64,000 nucleotides of DNA, taken from Cyanophyceae cyanobacterium (GTDB taxonomy: Bacteria > Cyanobacteriota > Cyanobacteriia > Cyanobacteriales > JBHJGN01). The DNA lies in assembly GCA_050331735.1 (NCBI GenBank), contig JBHJGN010000029.1, positions 64,001 to 128,000 on the forward strand, written 5' to 3'. Under the pieces are notes generated by a model that ran no database searches, was not told the DNA's origin, and saw only the letters and a list, made by a program, of their open reading frames with translations. Each line of letters begins with the position of its first letter. Position 1 is the stretch's first letter. Below are positions 52,442 through 62,390 of the stretch, one piece after another. The translations under genes and the position numbers were made by a program.

Positions 52442-52762
52442 CCGTGGCTGTCCGCTCGTAGCGGCCCCATTGATCGTAATAATTTTCCTTTTCCCCAATC
52501 GCTACCTCATTCTTCACTGATTTTGTCGTAACGTTAAGAGTCTCTGCCTCTACCGGAAGATAAATCCTCGGCAAGGGTCAAAGGCTCAGAGCTAATCACC
52601 GCTAGCTCAGCGCTAGCTCTCTCATTCCTTAGCATTCGCTCCTCGGGTAGAGGCATTAATGTTAACTAATTCAATAAAGTGTCATAATAAGCAACAATGC
52701 TTAATATTGTTCTGCTTCCGCGTTGCTACTTTTAAAACCGCCACAAGTTCGCAAACTGATGT

Positions 52763-54058
52763 ATGGAATCGACCATTAAGCTGCCAACGACTGATTCGTT
52801 AGACCCTGCTTCCTACAGCCTCAAAGCGCTGGACCGCTCCAATTTCTTTCTGGCAGACATTGGCAACGTGTTTGCTCCGTATTTATTTGTTTACCTGAAG
52901 TCAAACGGCTGGAGTGCTACCCAAATCGGATTAATCACTGCCGCCACCGATATTACTGGCATGATGGCTCAAGTGCCGGTGGGCGCTCTGATCGATGCTC
53001 TACCGCGCAAGCGAGCGCTGATTGCCTGTGCCCTTGCGGCGATCGGCCTCAGCTATTTGGTGATGAGTCACCATACCAGTTTACCGATTGTCATGGGCGC
53101 TCAAGCGGCCATTGGAGCCGCCGTTGTCGTTATTGCTCCAGTCAAAGCGGCTATTTCTTTAGGCATCACGGGCTATGAAGGATTAGAAAAGCGATTGAGC
53201 CGCAACGAAGCGTTTAACCATAGCGGCAGTGTCGCCGCGGCGATCGCCGCGGCGTTCCTCGCTCACTTCTGCGGACTGCAATGGACTTTTTACTTTCTGG
53301 TACTGCTGTGTGGGGCGTCAATTTTCTCGATTTTTCAGATTCGCGAGCACGATATCAACCATCAGCAGGCACGGACTGCTGCTGTCGAATCAGGAGAAAG
53401 CCTGTGGACGATTTTAAGCGATCGCCGATTATTAATTCTCGCTCTGTGCGTCTCTTTTTTTCACTTTGGCAATGCTGCGCTGCTGCCTTTAATGAGCCAG
53501 CAGTTGAGCAGTCATGCCCATGCTGGTCTGTACGTTTCCTGCTGCGCTGTTGTGGCTTTACTAACGATGATTCCGATTTCTCACTGGGCAGGAGAGGCTT
53601 CTAACCGCTGGGGAAGAAAGCCATTGTTGCTAGCGGCTTTTGGGGCAGTCGTACTGCGGGCTATCCTGTACGTGTTTATCGAGCAACCAACCGCGATTGT
53701 CTGTCTCCAGTTACTCAGCGGCATTGCTTCTGGTCTGTTTGGGGTCGTGTTTCTGCTTATGGTTGTTGATTTAACCAAAGGCAAGGGCTGCTACGGACTG
53801 GTGCAAGGAGCCATCAGCATCTGTATTGGGATCGGTTCAGCCTTGAGTAATTTAGTGGCGAGTTGGCTTGTGGAGGTAACGGATTACTCGACCGGATATT
53901 TTTTTCTAGCCGCAGTGACGGCGTTTGGATTTGTCCTATTTTGGAGTGCCATGCCAGAAACTTATCCTTCTATTAGTCAATTGGACAACCAATACAGTCC
54001 CCTGGCCATGACCGTTGACTCAGAAGCAGTGCCAGTCCGTCCGCTTAGAGCAATATGA
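52763..54058 (+). CDS. MFS transporter
   Basis: NFFLADI, GALIDA, NEAFNHSG, FHFGNAALLP, WGRKPLL; 12-TM pattern. Confidence 0.9.
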   Translation: MESTIKLPTTDSLDPASYSLKALDRSNFFLADIGNVFAPYLFVYLKSNGWSATQIGLITAATDITGMMAQVPVGALIDALPRKRALIACALAAIGLSYLVMSHHTSLPIVMGAQAAIGAAVVVIAPVKAAISLGITGYEGLEKRLSRNEAFNHSGSVAAAIAAAFLAHFCGLQWTFYFLVLLCGASIFSIFQIREHDINHQQARTAAVESGESLWTILSDRRLLILALCVSFFHFGNAALLPLMSQQLSSHAHAGLYVSCCAVVALLTMIPISHWAGEASNRWGRKPLLLAAFGAVVLRAILYVFIEQPTAIVCLQLLSGIASGLFGVVFLLMVVDLTKGKGCYGLVQGAISICIGIGSALSNLVASWLVEVTDYSTGYFFLAAVTAFGFVLFWSAMPETYPSISQLDNQYSPLAMTVDSEAVPVRPLRAI

Positions 54059-54294
54059 ATCGAGGTTGGGTTAGACTCATCATGAGTTGCGGATTTTTAC
54101 TAAAGTCCTTCGCCAGACGGAAAAGCGCGATCGCTGAGTACTAGGGTAAATTGACTATCGGCAATTCTCCAGGATGCACGGTAGCTCAACAGAAAAACGC
54201 GCTGACTGTGTGGCTATTTCAATTAGTTTGGTATGATGTATAGTCTCTTCGGCTTCGCCGCCGTTCAGGCAAGAGGCACAAAGGAATTAACGGA

Positions 54295-55647
54295 ATGGCA
54301 CCACTACTATTTGTTGTTTGGACCAAAGCAGAAGCTCTCTTCAAAAATTTGGGAACTCTCGCCTTACTGCTGCTGGCTTTCCCCTTAAACTTATTCATTG
54401 TTTTGTTAGCTTGGCTGCGGAATTTAGTCCGCCGTCCTCCTCAGTCTGCCCAAAACCCAAAAACAATTATGCTCACGGGCGGCAAAATGACCAAAGCGCT
54501 ACAGTTGGCTCGCTCGTTTCATGCGGCTGGTCATCGAGTGGTCTTGGTTGAAACTCATAAATACTGGCTAGTAGGACATCGTTACTCTAACGCGGTGGCG
54601 CGTTTCTACACTGTTCCAGCACCGCAGAAAGACCTAGAAGGATATACCCAGGGGTTGCTAGACATTGCCAAACGGGAAAACGTTGATGTTTATATTCCGG
54701 TGTGTAGTCCGGTAGCAAGTTATTACGATTCCCTGGCTAAAGTGGCGCTGTCGGGTTGCTGCGAGGTGTTTCACTTCGACCCGGATGTGACTAGGATGCT
54801 TGACGACAAATTTGCCTTTGCCGAAAACGCTCGTTCTATCGGCTTATCCGTACCAAAGTCCTTTCGCATTGACGATCCCAAGCAGGTGTTAGACTTTGAT
54901 TTCTCCAACGAAAAGCGTCCCTACATCCTCAAAAGCATACCCTACGACTCGGTACGCCGCCTCGATTTAACCAAGCTTCCCTGTGCCACTTCCCAAGAAA
55001 CCGAGGCGTTTGTAAAGAGTTTGCCCATCAGTCCAGAGAAGCCCTGGATCATGCAGGAATTTATTCCCGGGACAGAATACTGTACCCACAGCACCATTCG
55101 CAACGGCGAGTTACGGCTGCACTGCTGCTGCGAATCCTCGGCGTTTCAGGTTAATTATGAAAACGTTGACAAGCCGGAGATTTTAGAGTGGGTGAGTCGT
55201 TTCGCTCAAGCAAATCATCTCACTGGACAAGCCAGCTTTGACTTTATTCAAGCAGAAGACGGCACGGTATATGCCATCGAATGCAATCCTCGAACCCATT
55301 CTGCTATCACCATGTTTTATAACCATCCCGGGGTAGCCGAGGCGTATTTAGGCCAAGAACCGCTGCCAGAACCTTTGCAGCCGCTACCCGACAGCAAGCC
55401 GACTTACTGGCTATATCATGAAGTGTGGCGACTCAACGAGGTTCGCTCCTTACAGCAGCTCGGACAGTGGTTTAGCAATCTCACGCGCGGCAAAGACGCT
55501 ATTTTTGCCGCCTCCGATCCGCTGCCCTTTTTAATGGTGCATCACTGGCAAATTCCGCTGCTGCTGCTGAAAAACTTGAGCAAGCTCAAAGGCTGGATCA
55601 GAATTGACTTTAACATCGGCAAGCTGGTAGAAATTGGTGGCGATTAA
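54295..55647 (+). CDS. mysC: Mycosporine-glycine ligase, ATP-grasp (Ava_3856 family)
   Basis: GGKMTKALQLARSFHAAGHRV, IPVCSPVASYYD, KSIPYDSVRRL, IECNPRTHSAITMFY, RIDFNIGKLVE. Confidence 0.9.
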   Translation: MAPLLFVVWTKAEALFKNLGTLALLLLAFPLNLFIVLLAWLRNLVRRPPQSAQNPKTIMLTGGKMTKALQLARSFHAAGHRVVLVETHKYWLVGHRYSNAVARFYTVPAPQKDLEGYTQGLLDIAKRENVDVYIPVCSPVASYYDSLAKVALSGCCEVFHFDPDVTRMLDDKFAFAENARSIGLSVPKSFRIDDPKQVLDFDFSNEKRPYILKSIPYDSVRRLDLTKLPCATSQETEAFVKSLPISPEKPWIMQEFIPGTEYCTHSTIRNGELRLHCCCESSAFQVNYENVDKPEILEWVSRFAQANHLTGQASFDFIQAEDGTVYAIECNPRTHSAITMFYNHPGVAEAYLGQEPLPEPLQPLPDSKPTYWLYHEVWRLNEVRSLQQLGQWFSNLTRGKDAIFAASDPLPFLMVHHWQIPLLLLKNLSKLKGWIRIDFNIGKLVEIGGD

Positions 55648-56339
55648 TGGCGATTTTAGAGACAGTCGTTCCCTGGGGGCGATCGCTCGACGAATATCGG
55701 CGGATGTTTAATCTCAACCCGGCTGAGTTCGGCACGATTCTTGACTGCGGCGGCGGACCCGCAAGTTTTAATGCCGAAATGCATCAGCGAGGCGAGCGTG
55801 TTGTCTCTTGCGATCCGATTTACCAGTTTAGCCGCCGCGAAATTGCTCAGCGCATCGAAGAAACCTATGCCGTTGTTTTAGAGGCAGTTCGGGCCAATCA
55901 AGACCGTTTTGTGTGGAACGTCATTTCCTCTCCTGAAGAACTAGGTCGAGTGAGAATGGCCAGCATGAAGCAGTTTTTAGCGGATTTTCCGCAAGGAGTT
56001 AAACAAGGACGCTACGTCACTGAAGCACTGCCCCAGCTCTCGTTTAGCAATCACCAGTTCGATCTGGCCCTCTGTTCGCACCTGTTGTTTACCTATTCAG
56101 AGCAGCTTTCGCTGGAGTTTCATATTGCCTCCATTCTAGAAATGTGCCGCGTAGCGACAGAGGTGCGCGTGTTTCCGTTGCTGACTCACTTTAGCGGAGA
56201 GCGATCGCCTCATCTTCAGCCCGTTATCAATACCTTGAGGGCAAAAGGTTATCGAGTCGAGATTCAACCAGTCTCCTACGAATTTCAGCGTCACGGCAAT
56301 CAACTCCTGCGGGTTTTACCCAATACCAATTCCATGTAA
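55647..56339 (+). CDS. Class I SAM-dependent methyltransferase
   Basis: VVPWGRS, ILDCGGGPASF, FDLALCSHLLF; TAATG overlap with mysC. Confidence 0.85.
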   Translation: MAILETVVPWGRSLDEYRRMFNLNPAEFGTILDCGGGPASFNAEMHQRGERVVSCDPIYQFSRREIAQRIEETYAVVLEAVRANQDRFVWNVISSPEELGRVRMASMKQFLADFPQGVKQGRYVTEALPQLSFSNHQFDLALCSHLLFTYSEQLSLEFHIASILEMCRVATEVRVFPLLTHFSGERSPHLQPVINTLRAKGYRVEIQPVSYEFQRHGNQLLRVLPNTNSM

Positions 56340-56350
56340 TCTGTGTAAGA

Positions 56351-56526
56351 GTCCCTGCGGGACGGGAAAAGGGAAAGCGCCGCAGGCGCAGGGAAAAGGG
56401 GAAATAGTTCCTCCGGAACGGGGAAAGAACACAGAAGCTAAGAACAAACTTAATCAGCATCCCCTTCCCCTTTCCCCCTTCCCCTTTTCCCATTGCGGAG
56501 CAACTTTCCCCCTTCCCCTTTTCCCC
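56351..56526. repeat. Dispersed mosaic repeat, copy F
   Basis: GTCCC-TGC-GGGAC, GCGCC-GCA-GGCGC, GTTCC-TCC-GGAAC, core GAACACAG, TTCCCC runs. Confidence 0.85.
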
Positions 56527-56566
56527 AACTAAAAATTCCAGTTATCACTACAAAAGTAAAAGAGTA

Positions 56567-57622
56567 ATGACCACTGCACCCATCCAGGACAATTTAAAAG
56601 AAGCAAAAAGTCAGCTATTCGATATGATGTTGGCGTTTGTGAAAAGTCAGTGTCTTTACACTGGCTGTCGCTTAGGAATCTTCGATCTTCTCGAAGAAGA
56701 GGGAGAGTTGAGTATTGAAGCCTTAGCCCAAAAAACCCAGACAGAACCGGAAAGACTTTATTTTCCCATTCGCGCCTTAGCACACCTGGGAGTGCTGCAA
56801 GAGAAGCCAGGACGGGTGTTTGCTCCGACTGACACCTCCTCTCTTCTCGTTACTAACAAGGAACCCTCGATGGCGCATTTAATTATGCACCTCATTGAAC
56901 CAGCCCAGTGGGACTCTTGGAAAGTGCTGGAAGACTCCCTCCGCCAGGGCGTAGTTCCCTTTGAATTAGCCAACGGCAAGGGCGTGTACGAGTATTGCCA
57001 AGACAACGAGTGGAGTGGCGATACTTTTATTAAAGCGATGAGCTATTTAACCTCCCATACCGTCGATCCGCTACTGGACGTGCTGGATTTTAATCAGTTT
57101 GGCACGGTGATGGACGTTGGCGGCGGACAGGGAGGACTGATTGCCCGGATTGTGAAGCGGTTTGGCTGCAAAGGGATTCTATTTGATGTTCCTTACGTCG
57201 CTGAAACCGCCACCGACTACCTCAAAAAGCAGGGCGTTTCTACCAACGACGTTGAAATCAAGACGGGAGATGTATTTGAGTCGGTTCCCAAAGGAGCAGA
57301 TGCTATCGTGATGAAGTATTTCCTCTCCGCCTGGAACGACGAAGATGCCGCGAAAATACTGCACAATTGTCGAGAAGCCCTACCTTCTCACGGCAGGCTT
57401 TTCCTGATGCAGGCGTTTGTTCCTGAAATTGACGAGCCAAAAGTAGCGCCAGATGGCATTATGCCGGGAATTTTTGCTGTTCAGATTAACGTTGCCGTTC
57501 CCGGTGGCGGCTGGCGCACCCGCAAGCACTTTCAGGAGTTGTTTGAACAGTGCGGCTTCAAGCTAGAGAATTCGGTCGATTCCGCTACGAATCTTTCGGC
57601 GATGGAATTTAGTTTGGCCTAA
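56567..57622 (+). CDS. Methyltransf_2 family O/N-methyltransferase with dimerisation domain
   Basis: RLGIFDLL wHTH, MDVGGGQG, GDVFESVPKGAD, WNDEDA, GGWRT. Confidence 0.9.
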   Translation: MTTAPIQDNLKEAKSQLFDMMLAFVKSQCLYTGCRLGIFDLLEEEGELSIEALAQKTQTEPERLYFPIRALAHLGVLQEKPGRVFAPTDTSSLLVTNKEPSMAHLIMHLIEPAQWDSWKVLEDSLRQGVVPFELANGKGVYEYCQDNEWSGDTFIKAMSYLTSHTVDPLLDVLDFNQFGTVMDVGGGQGGLIARIVKRFGCKGILFDVPYVAETATDYLKKQGVSTNDVEIKTGDVFESVPKGADAIVMKYFLSAWNDEDAAKILHNCREALPSHGRLFLMQAFVPEIDEPKVAPDGIMPGIFAVQINVAVPGGGWRTRKHFQELFEQCGFKLENSVDSATNLSAMEFSLA

Positions 57623-57728
57623 GTTCCTCCGGAACGGGGAAAGGGAAAATTGTCCCTCCGGGACGGGGAAAAAACACAGGGCTGAGGAACAAGCTAAATC
57701 ATTACTCCTTTTCCCGCGCCTCTGGCGC
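57623..57728. repeat. Dispersed mosaic repeat, copy G
   Basis: GTTCC-TCC-GGAAC, GTCCC-TCC-GGGAC, core AACACAGGGCTGAGGAACAAGCTAA, GCGCC-TCT-GGCGC. Confidence 0.85.
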
Positions 57729-57796
57729 TGCTTGTGCCGCATCTAGAAAGAGAAATAGTATAGGTATTGAAGTCCGTTAAACAAACTTGATTAGAA

Positions 57797-58171
57797 ATGA
57801 GTAACGAACAGCAACCCAAAACCCTCGATGTTGATGGTCATCGTCCCATCGATGACAGCGAACTAAAGATTAAGAAAACGCTTGACGTTGATGGCGAGCG
57901 TCCCATCGAGTCTGCTAGCGAAGAAGTTCAAGACACCTTCGAGATAGAAGGTCAGCGTCCGGTTGTGTCTGATAAACTAGAGTCCGATCAGGCCCTTGAG
58001 GTCGATGGAGAGCGTCCTGTTAATCGTGGCGAGCTTGAGGTCAAAGCAGTCATGGATATAGATGGTAAGCGTCCGGTTGTCGCGAACGATTTTGAGGTGA
58101 AGAAAACGCTTAACGTTGATGGCGAACGTCCAATTACTTCTGAAAAAACCTTTGAAGAGGCTTCAGATTAA
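57797..58171 (+). CDS. Acidic protein of six 19-aa repeats (L-D/E-V-D-G-x-R-P-I/V)
   Basis: Repeats visible in the translation. Confidence 0.8.
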   Translation: MSNEQQPKTLDVDGHRPIDDSELKIKKTLDVDGERPIESASEEVQDTFEIEGQRPVVSDKLESDQALEVDGERPVNRGELEVKAVMDIDGKRPVVANDFEVKKTLNVDGERPITSEKTFEEASD

Positions 58172-58199
58172 TTACCAATAAAGGAGCAATAAATCTAAT

Positions 58200-58235
58200 C
58201 CCCTTCCCCGTCCCGGAGGGACAGTTTCCCTCTCC
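58200..58235. repeat. Minimal unit of the mosaic repeat
   Basis: TTCCCC-GTCCC-GGA-GGGAC-AGTTTCCC. Confidence 0.75.
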
Positions 58236-58340
58236 TCTCCGTAACCCGATTCAACCTAACCCGGAGAAATCGGTAGATTCTCGGTTCGAGAGCAACAGTG
58301 TCACCCACTATACTAGCGAGAAGTTCGAGAGGAATAGCCT

Positions 58341-59861
58341 GTGTTAGCGAGGGTGTGGAGTGCGACAGTTGTCGGCATCAATGCAGTCAAGGTCGGCGTA
58401 GAAGTCGATGTCTCCGGCGGACTGCCGAGAACGGTGGTAGTCGGTTTACCCGATGCCGCTGTGCAGGAATCGAAAGAAAGAGTCAAAGCTGCCTTGAAGA
58501 ACGCTGGCTTTGCCTTTCCAGTTCGTAAGATTGTAATTAACCTGGCTCCCGCCGACCTACGCAAAGAGGGACCAAGCTTTGATTTGCCCATTAGCATCGG
58601 CATTTTAGCTGCTTCTGAACAGGTCAACCCTCAGCTTCTCGGAGATACTCTCTTTTTTGGTGAAGTTTCTTTAGACGGTCAACTGCGGGCTGTGTCGGGA
58701 GTGTTACCCATTGCTGCCGCCGCCAAACAGTTGGGCATGGCTGGACTAGTCGTGCCAGCGGGGAACGCTCAAGAAGCCGCCGTTGTCAAGGGAGTATCGG
58801 TTTACGGATTTAACCACCTCTCAGAAGTGACGGCCTTTCTCAATCACCCGGAAAAGGTGGTTCCTGTTAAGGTGTCATTCCCAAAGCAAGAGTCGTTTTT
58901 TAGTGGTCCTGACTTGAAAGATGTCAAGGGACAATCCCATGCCCGTCGTGCCCTAGAAATTGCCGCGGCAGGAGGACACAACCTCATTTTTGTTGGGCCT
59001 CCAGGAAGCGGAAAAACCATGCTGGCTCGGCGACTGCCCAGTATTCTGCCCGCCTTAACCTTTGAGGAAGCCTTAGAAGTGTCGCAAATCCATTCTGTAG
59101 CGGGGTTACTCAAGGAGCGCGGCTCGCTGATTACAGATCGCCCCTTCCGCAGCCCTCACCATTCGGCTTCCGGTCCATCTTTAGTAGGAGGCGGTAGCTT
59201 TCCTCGTCCAGGAGAAATATCTTTGTCTCACCGAGGGATTTTGTTTTTGGATGAATTAACAGAGTTCAAGCGCACTGTCCTAGAATACCTGCGACAGCCT
59301 TTAGAAGATGGCTTTGTGTCGATTTCTCGCACTCGTCAATCGGTGGCTTTTCCAGCGCAATTCACCCTGATTGCCAGCACAAATCCCTGTCCCTGCGGCT
59401 ATTTTGGCGACCCGATTCAAGCCTGTACCTGTTCTCCTCGGCAGCGGGAGCAATACTGGGCTAAGCTTTCTGGTCCATTAATGGACCGCATTGATTTACA
59501 GGTTGCCGTCAATCGCCTCAAGCCAGAGGAACTGACTCACCAGAATACGGGAGAAGAGTCACAAACCGTGCGAGAGCGCGTGATTGCAGCCCGCGATCGC
59601 GCTCGTCATCGCTTTCAAAAACTAACGGTACGCTGCAATGCCGAGATGCAGTCTGCCCAGCTACTCCGTTTCTGTCCCTTAGACGATGCCAGTCGCTCTC
59701 TTCTAGAGGGAGCCATTCGTAAACTAGGGCTGTCAGCAAGAGCATTTGACCGAATTTTAAAAGTCTCTCGTACCGTTGCCGATTTAGCCGGAGAGGAAAA
59801 CATCGGAGCATCCCACGTTGCCGAAGCGATTCAGTATCGCACAATCGATCGGATGCAGTAG
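58341..59861 (+). CDS. comM: YifB/ComM Mg-chelatase-like AAA+ ATPase
   Basis: VGLPDAAVQESKERV, NLAPAD, GPPGSGKT, PFRSPHHS, NPCPCG. Confidence 0.9.
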   Translation: MLARVWSATVVGINAVKVGVEVDVSGGLPRTVVVGLPDAAVQESKERVKAALKNAGFAFPVRKIVINLAPADLRKEGPSFDLPISIGILAASEQVNPQLLGDTLFFGEVSLDGQLRAVSGVLPIAAAAKQLGMAGLVVPAGNAQEAAVVKGVSVYGFNHLSEVTAFLNHPEKVVPVKVSFPKQESFFSGPDLKDVKGQSHARRALEIAAAGGHNLIFVGPPGSGKTMLARRLPSILPALTFEEALEVSQIHSVAGLLKERGSLITDRPFRSPHHSASGPSLVGGGSFPRPGEISLSHRGILFLDELTEFKRTVLEYLRQPLEDGFVSISRTRQSVAFPAQFTLIASTNPCPCGYFGDPIQACTCSPRQREQYWAKLSGPLMDRIDLQVAVNRLKPEELTHQNTGEESQTVRERVIAARDRARHRFQKLTVRCNAEMQSAQLLRFCPLDDASRSLLEGAIRKLGLSARAFDRILKVSRTVADLAGEENIGASHVAEAIQYRTIDRMQ

Positions 59862-59891
59862 CGCCTGCGGCGCTTCCCCGTCGCGGAGCGA
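59861..59891. repeat. Two-hairpin unit of the mosaic repeat between convergent genes
   Basis: GCGCC-TGC-GGCGC-TTCCCC-GTCGC-GGA-GCGAC. Confidence 0.8.
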
Positions 59892-60515
59892 CTATTCACT
59901 ACTTGGAGGTGCTGGAGAGTAGTTGGGCGGTAGGGGGTTGCTCGAGCCTTGATTGGGAATGGGCACATTGGGCTGGAGTGGGTTGAAGCTTCCTCCCGGA
60001 ATGGGAAGATAGGGATTGCTGTTGGGAATTGGCTCAGCCGTTGCTGACTCCGATTCAGGGAGAGTGGCTAGCGCAACGCGATCGCCGCCCACTTCCCGCA
60101 GCAAATCGAGCACCTCGATAACCTCGTTGTAGCTGGCGCTTCTGGAGGCGTTGAGCACCATCAAACCGCCCGGATTGAGCTGGTGATAGTTTCTAATGGC
60201 TTGCTGAAGCTGATTGCGAGTTACGGCCTGCTTTTCAACATACACTTGCCCCAAATCGTCTAAACTCACCACCAGTATCTCGCGCATCTGGGGAGTTCCT
60301 GTACTAGCTTGAGGCAGAGACAGACCGATCGCCTGCTGCCGCGAAAACCCAACGGCTGCCAGAATAAAAAAGGTCAGAATACAGAAAATCACGTCGATCA
60401 GCGGAATAATTTCGATGCGTACTTCCTGGGCGGTGGAAGTGTCCTGCCACAGCTTCAGCGGGCGAGCCGCTACGTGGTCCTGCCTGCGGTTGTGTTTACC
60501 TGACGCTTGTGCCAT
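59892..60515 (-). CDS. exbD: ExbD/TolR biopolymer transport protein
   Basis: EIIPLIDVIFCILTFF; Pro-rich tail. Confidence 0.9.
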   Translation of the reverse strand: MAQASGKHNRRQDHVAARPLKLWQDTSTAQEVRIEIIPLIDVIFCILTFFILAAVGFSRQQAIGLSLPQASTGTPQMREILVVSLDDLGQVYVEKQAVTRNQLQQAIRNYHQLNPGGLMVLNASRSASYNEVIEVLDLLREVGGDRVALATLPESESATAEPIPNSNPYLPIPGGSFNPLQPNVPIPNQGSSNPLPPNYSPAPPSSE

Positions 60516-60608
60516 AGTGGATTTTGATAGTGCTTTTTAATATTAATTCTTTAACTATCCTACTCAACTGAACGGCGATCGCACTTTCAGTGCGGAGCGC
60601 CTCCCAGT

Positions 60609-61286
60609 TTACTTATCAATTCTTCTCGGCCTCTCAAATCTCGTCTCTATCGGGTAGTCTTCTTGCTCCATCCATCTTTGTCGGTAGATTACTTCTAGCT
60701 GACTGCCTGCTTTGCGAAAGACTCGCACTTGGTTGGACCAAAAAGCTTGAAAAAGACGATAGAATGCCAAGCTAACAATCGCCACAATCAGACCCACCGC
60801 CGTAGAAATGAGAGATTCACCAATTCCGAGAGTGACACCGGTTGTCGAAGCCGTTCCTAAGTCGCTGATTTGAATTGAGCGCAGAGAATTAATTAAGCCC
60901 AGAACGGTTCCTAGCAGCCCAAGCAGCGGAGAGAGAGCAATCACCGCTTCTAACACTTTATCCCCTCGCCTCATCAGCGCTAATTCATCATCAGCAGCGG
61001 CTTCTAGGGCCAGATGAAAGACTTCCGGTTCTGGCTCGCGCAGCCGCAAAGGGGCATAAAGATAGTTACCAATGGGTTGCTTTCTGTAGCCTTGAGCGAT
61101 TTCTTCTGTTGCATCCCAGTTGCGAATTGCTGTTTCCATAATGCGGTTAAGAACCTGCTCTTCTTTGATAAGCACCCGCGACCAAAACCAAACCCGTTCA
61201 ATGATTGTTCCTAAAGCTAATACTGATAGGAATAGCAGGGGCCAAATTGCTACGCCACCCTTTTCAAGAATTTCTGCTAGAGTCAC
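60609..61286 (-). CDS. exbB: ExbB/TolQ/MotA proton channel
   Basis: [27 protein letters not shown]. Confidence 0.92.
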   Translation of the reverse strand: MTLAEILEKGGVAIWPLLFLSVLALGTIIERVWFWSRVLIKEEQVLNRIMETAIRNWDATEEIAQGYRKQPIGNYLYAPLRLREPEPEVFHLALEAAADDELALMRRGDKVLEAVIALSPLLGLLGTVLGLINSLRSIQISDLGTASTTGVTLGIGESLISTAVGLIVAIVSLAFYRLFQAFWSNQVRVFRKAGSQLEVIYRQRWMEQEDYPIETRFERPRRIDK

Positions 61287-61783
61287 TGTGTTCTATTACC
61301 TCCATTGCTTTTATTCCCATTGGGACCATAAGTATTTCTAACTTTCGTGCCATCCGTTACCGGGGCATTTTACTGATACTTGTCAAGCGCTCGCTCACTT
61401 TAGTAGATAATTGCCACAATAGTAACCTTGGCGATCGCCTTTAGGAACTCTACCAAGTTGAGGATTTATGAATACGAGAATAGCGCATCTTTTATACATC
61501 TCGTACAGTGAACGGCTCGAATATCAATCTGGAGCAAGCTTAAAGCAGTCAAAATAGTTTCCGGTGGAACTTTGGGTAACCTGAGCTAATTTAAGCCTGA
61601 CTAAGGTGAGAGCCGCTCAGGATTGTGTTCCTGCTATTATTAATGATGCTGCCGCTTGCATCCAACTTCCCCTAACATTTTTAAATCCTGCCAGCACTTC
61701 TCAACGTTGCGGATGCCTACTCCGACTGCTACAGTCCCATAAGCCCAACAGAGGCCAGCCCTTTCAATCTAGACAAGCAAGCT

Positions 61784-62374
61784 ATGAACTGGAGAGAGCG
61801 CTTTCATCAACTAGCAGGCAAGCAACGGTTTGTCGTCTGCCGATTGTTTATTCATCTAGCGGGAGAAGACGTAGCTCCCCTGCTGGGAGTTCTCAACCAG
61901 ACAGCGCGGGAGGCCATTGCTGCCGAAGGAGAGCTACAGGTTTTAGGAGAGGGACTGGTTCAAATTTGCCAAAACCTGCTTCAGCTTAGCGAGTACTGGC
62001 AATCTGCCGCTAATGAAGGAGACGTTTTCTTCGACGAAGGGGAAGCTGGAGATGCGGTTACAGAACTGTTTACCGATTCGGCACAGAGATATCTCAGCGA
62101 ACCAAACTTGAGTGATGAAGAGGAATCTCTCTCCCTTCCCGTCACTCGCAACATCGTTGTGATGATCGCTGTCGCTTACCAAGGAGAGGTGCCGGAATTA
62201 GAAACTGATTTGGCTCAAGTCGAGGCGCTCGCCGCTGGTTTACAAGCTTTAATTAATCTACATTATCAAGAAAAACTGCGGGCGATTCAGGTTCATTTCT
62301 CCCCAGCACAGTTGGGAGATGAACTAACTGATGAGCAGCTTTTGCTCAATTTTCCTGAATTAATTCCTTTATAA
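61784..62374 (+). CDS. Conserved cyanobacterial hypothetical protein (DUF1517-like)
   Basis: YWQSAANEGDVF, ELFTDSAQRY, IQVHFSPA..DELTDEQLLLNFPELIPL. Confidence 0.75.
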   Translation: MNWRERFHQLAGKQRFVVCRLFIHLAGEDVAPLLGVLNQTAREAIAAEGELQVLGEGLVQICQNLLQLSEYWQSAANEGDVFFDEGEAGDAVTELFTDSAQRYLSEPNLSDEEESLSLPVTRNIVVMIAVAYQGEVPELETDLAQVEALAAGLQALINLHYQEKLRAIQVHFSPAQLGDELTDEQLLLNFPELIPL

Positions 62375-62390
62375 AGATAAACCTTTAACT

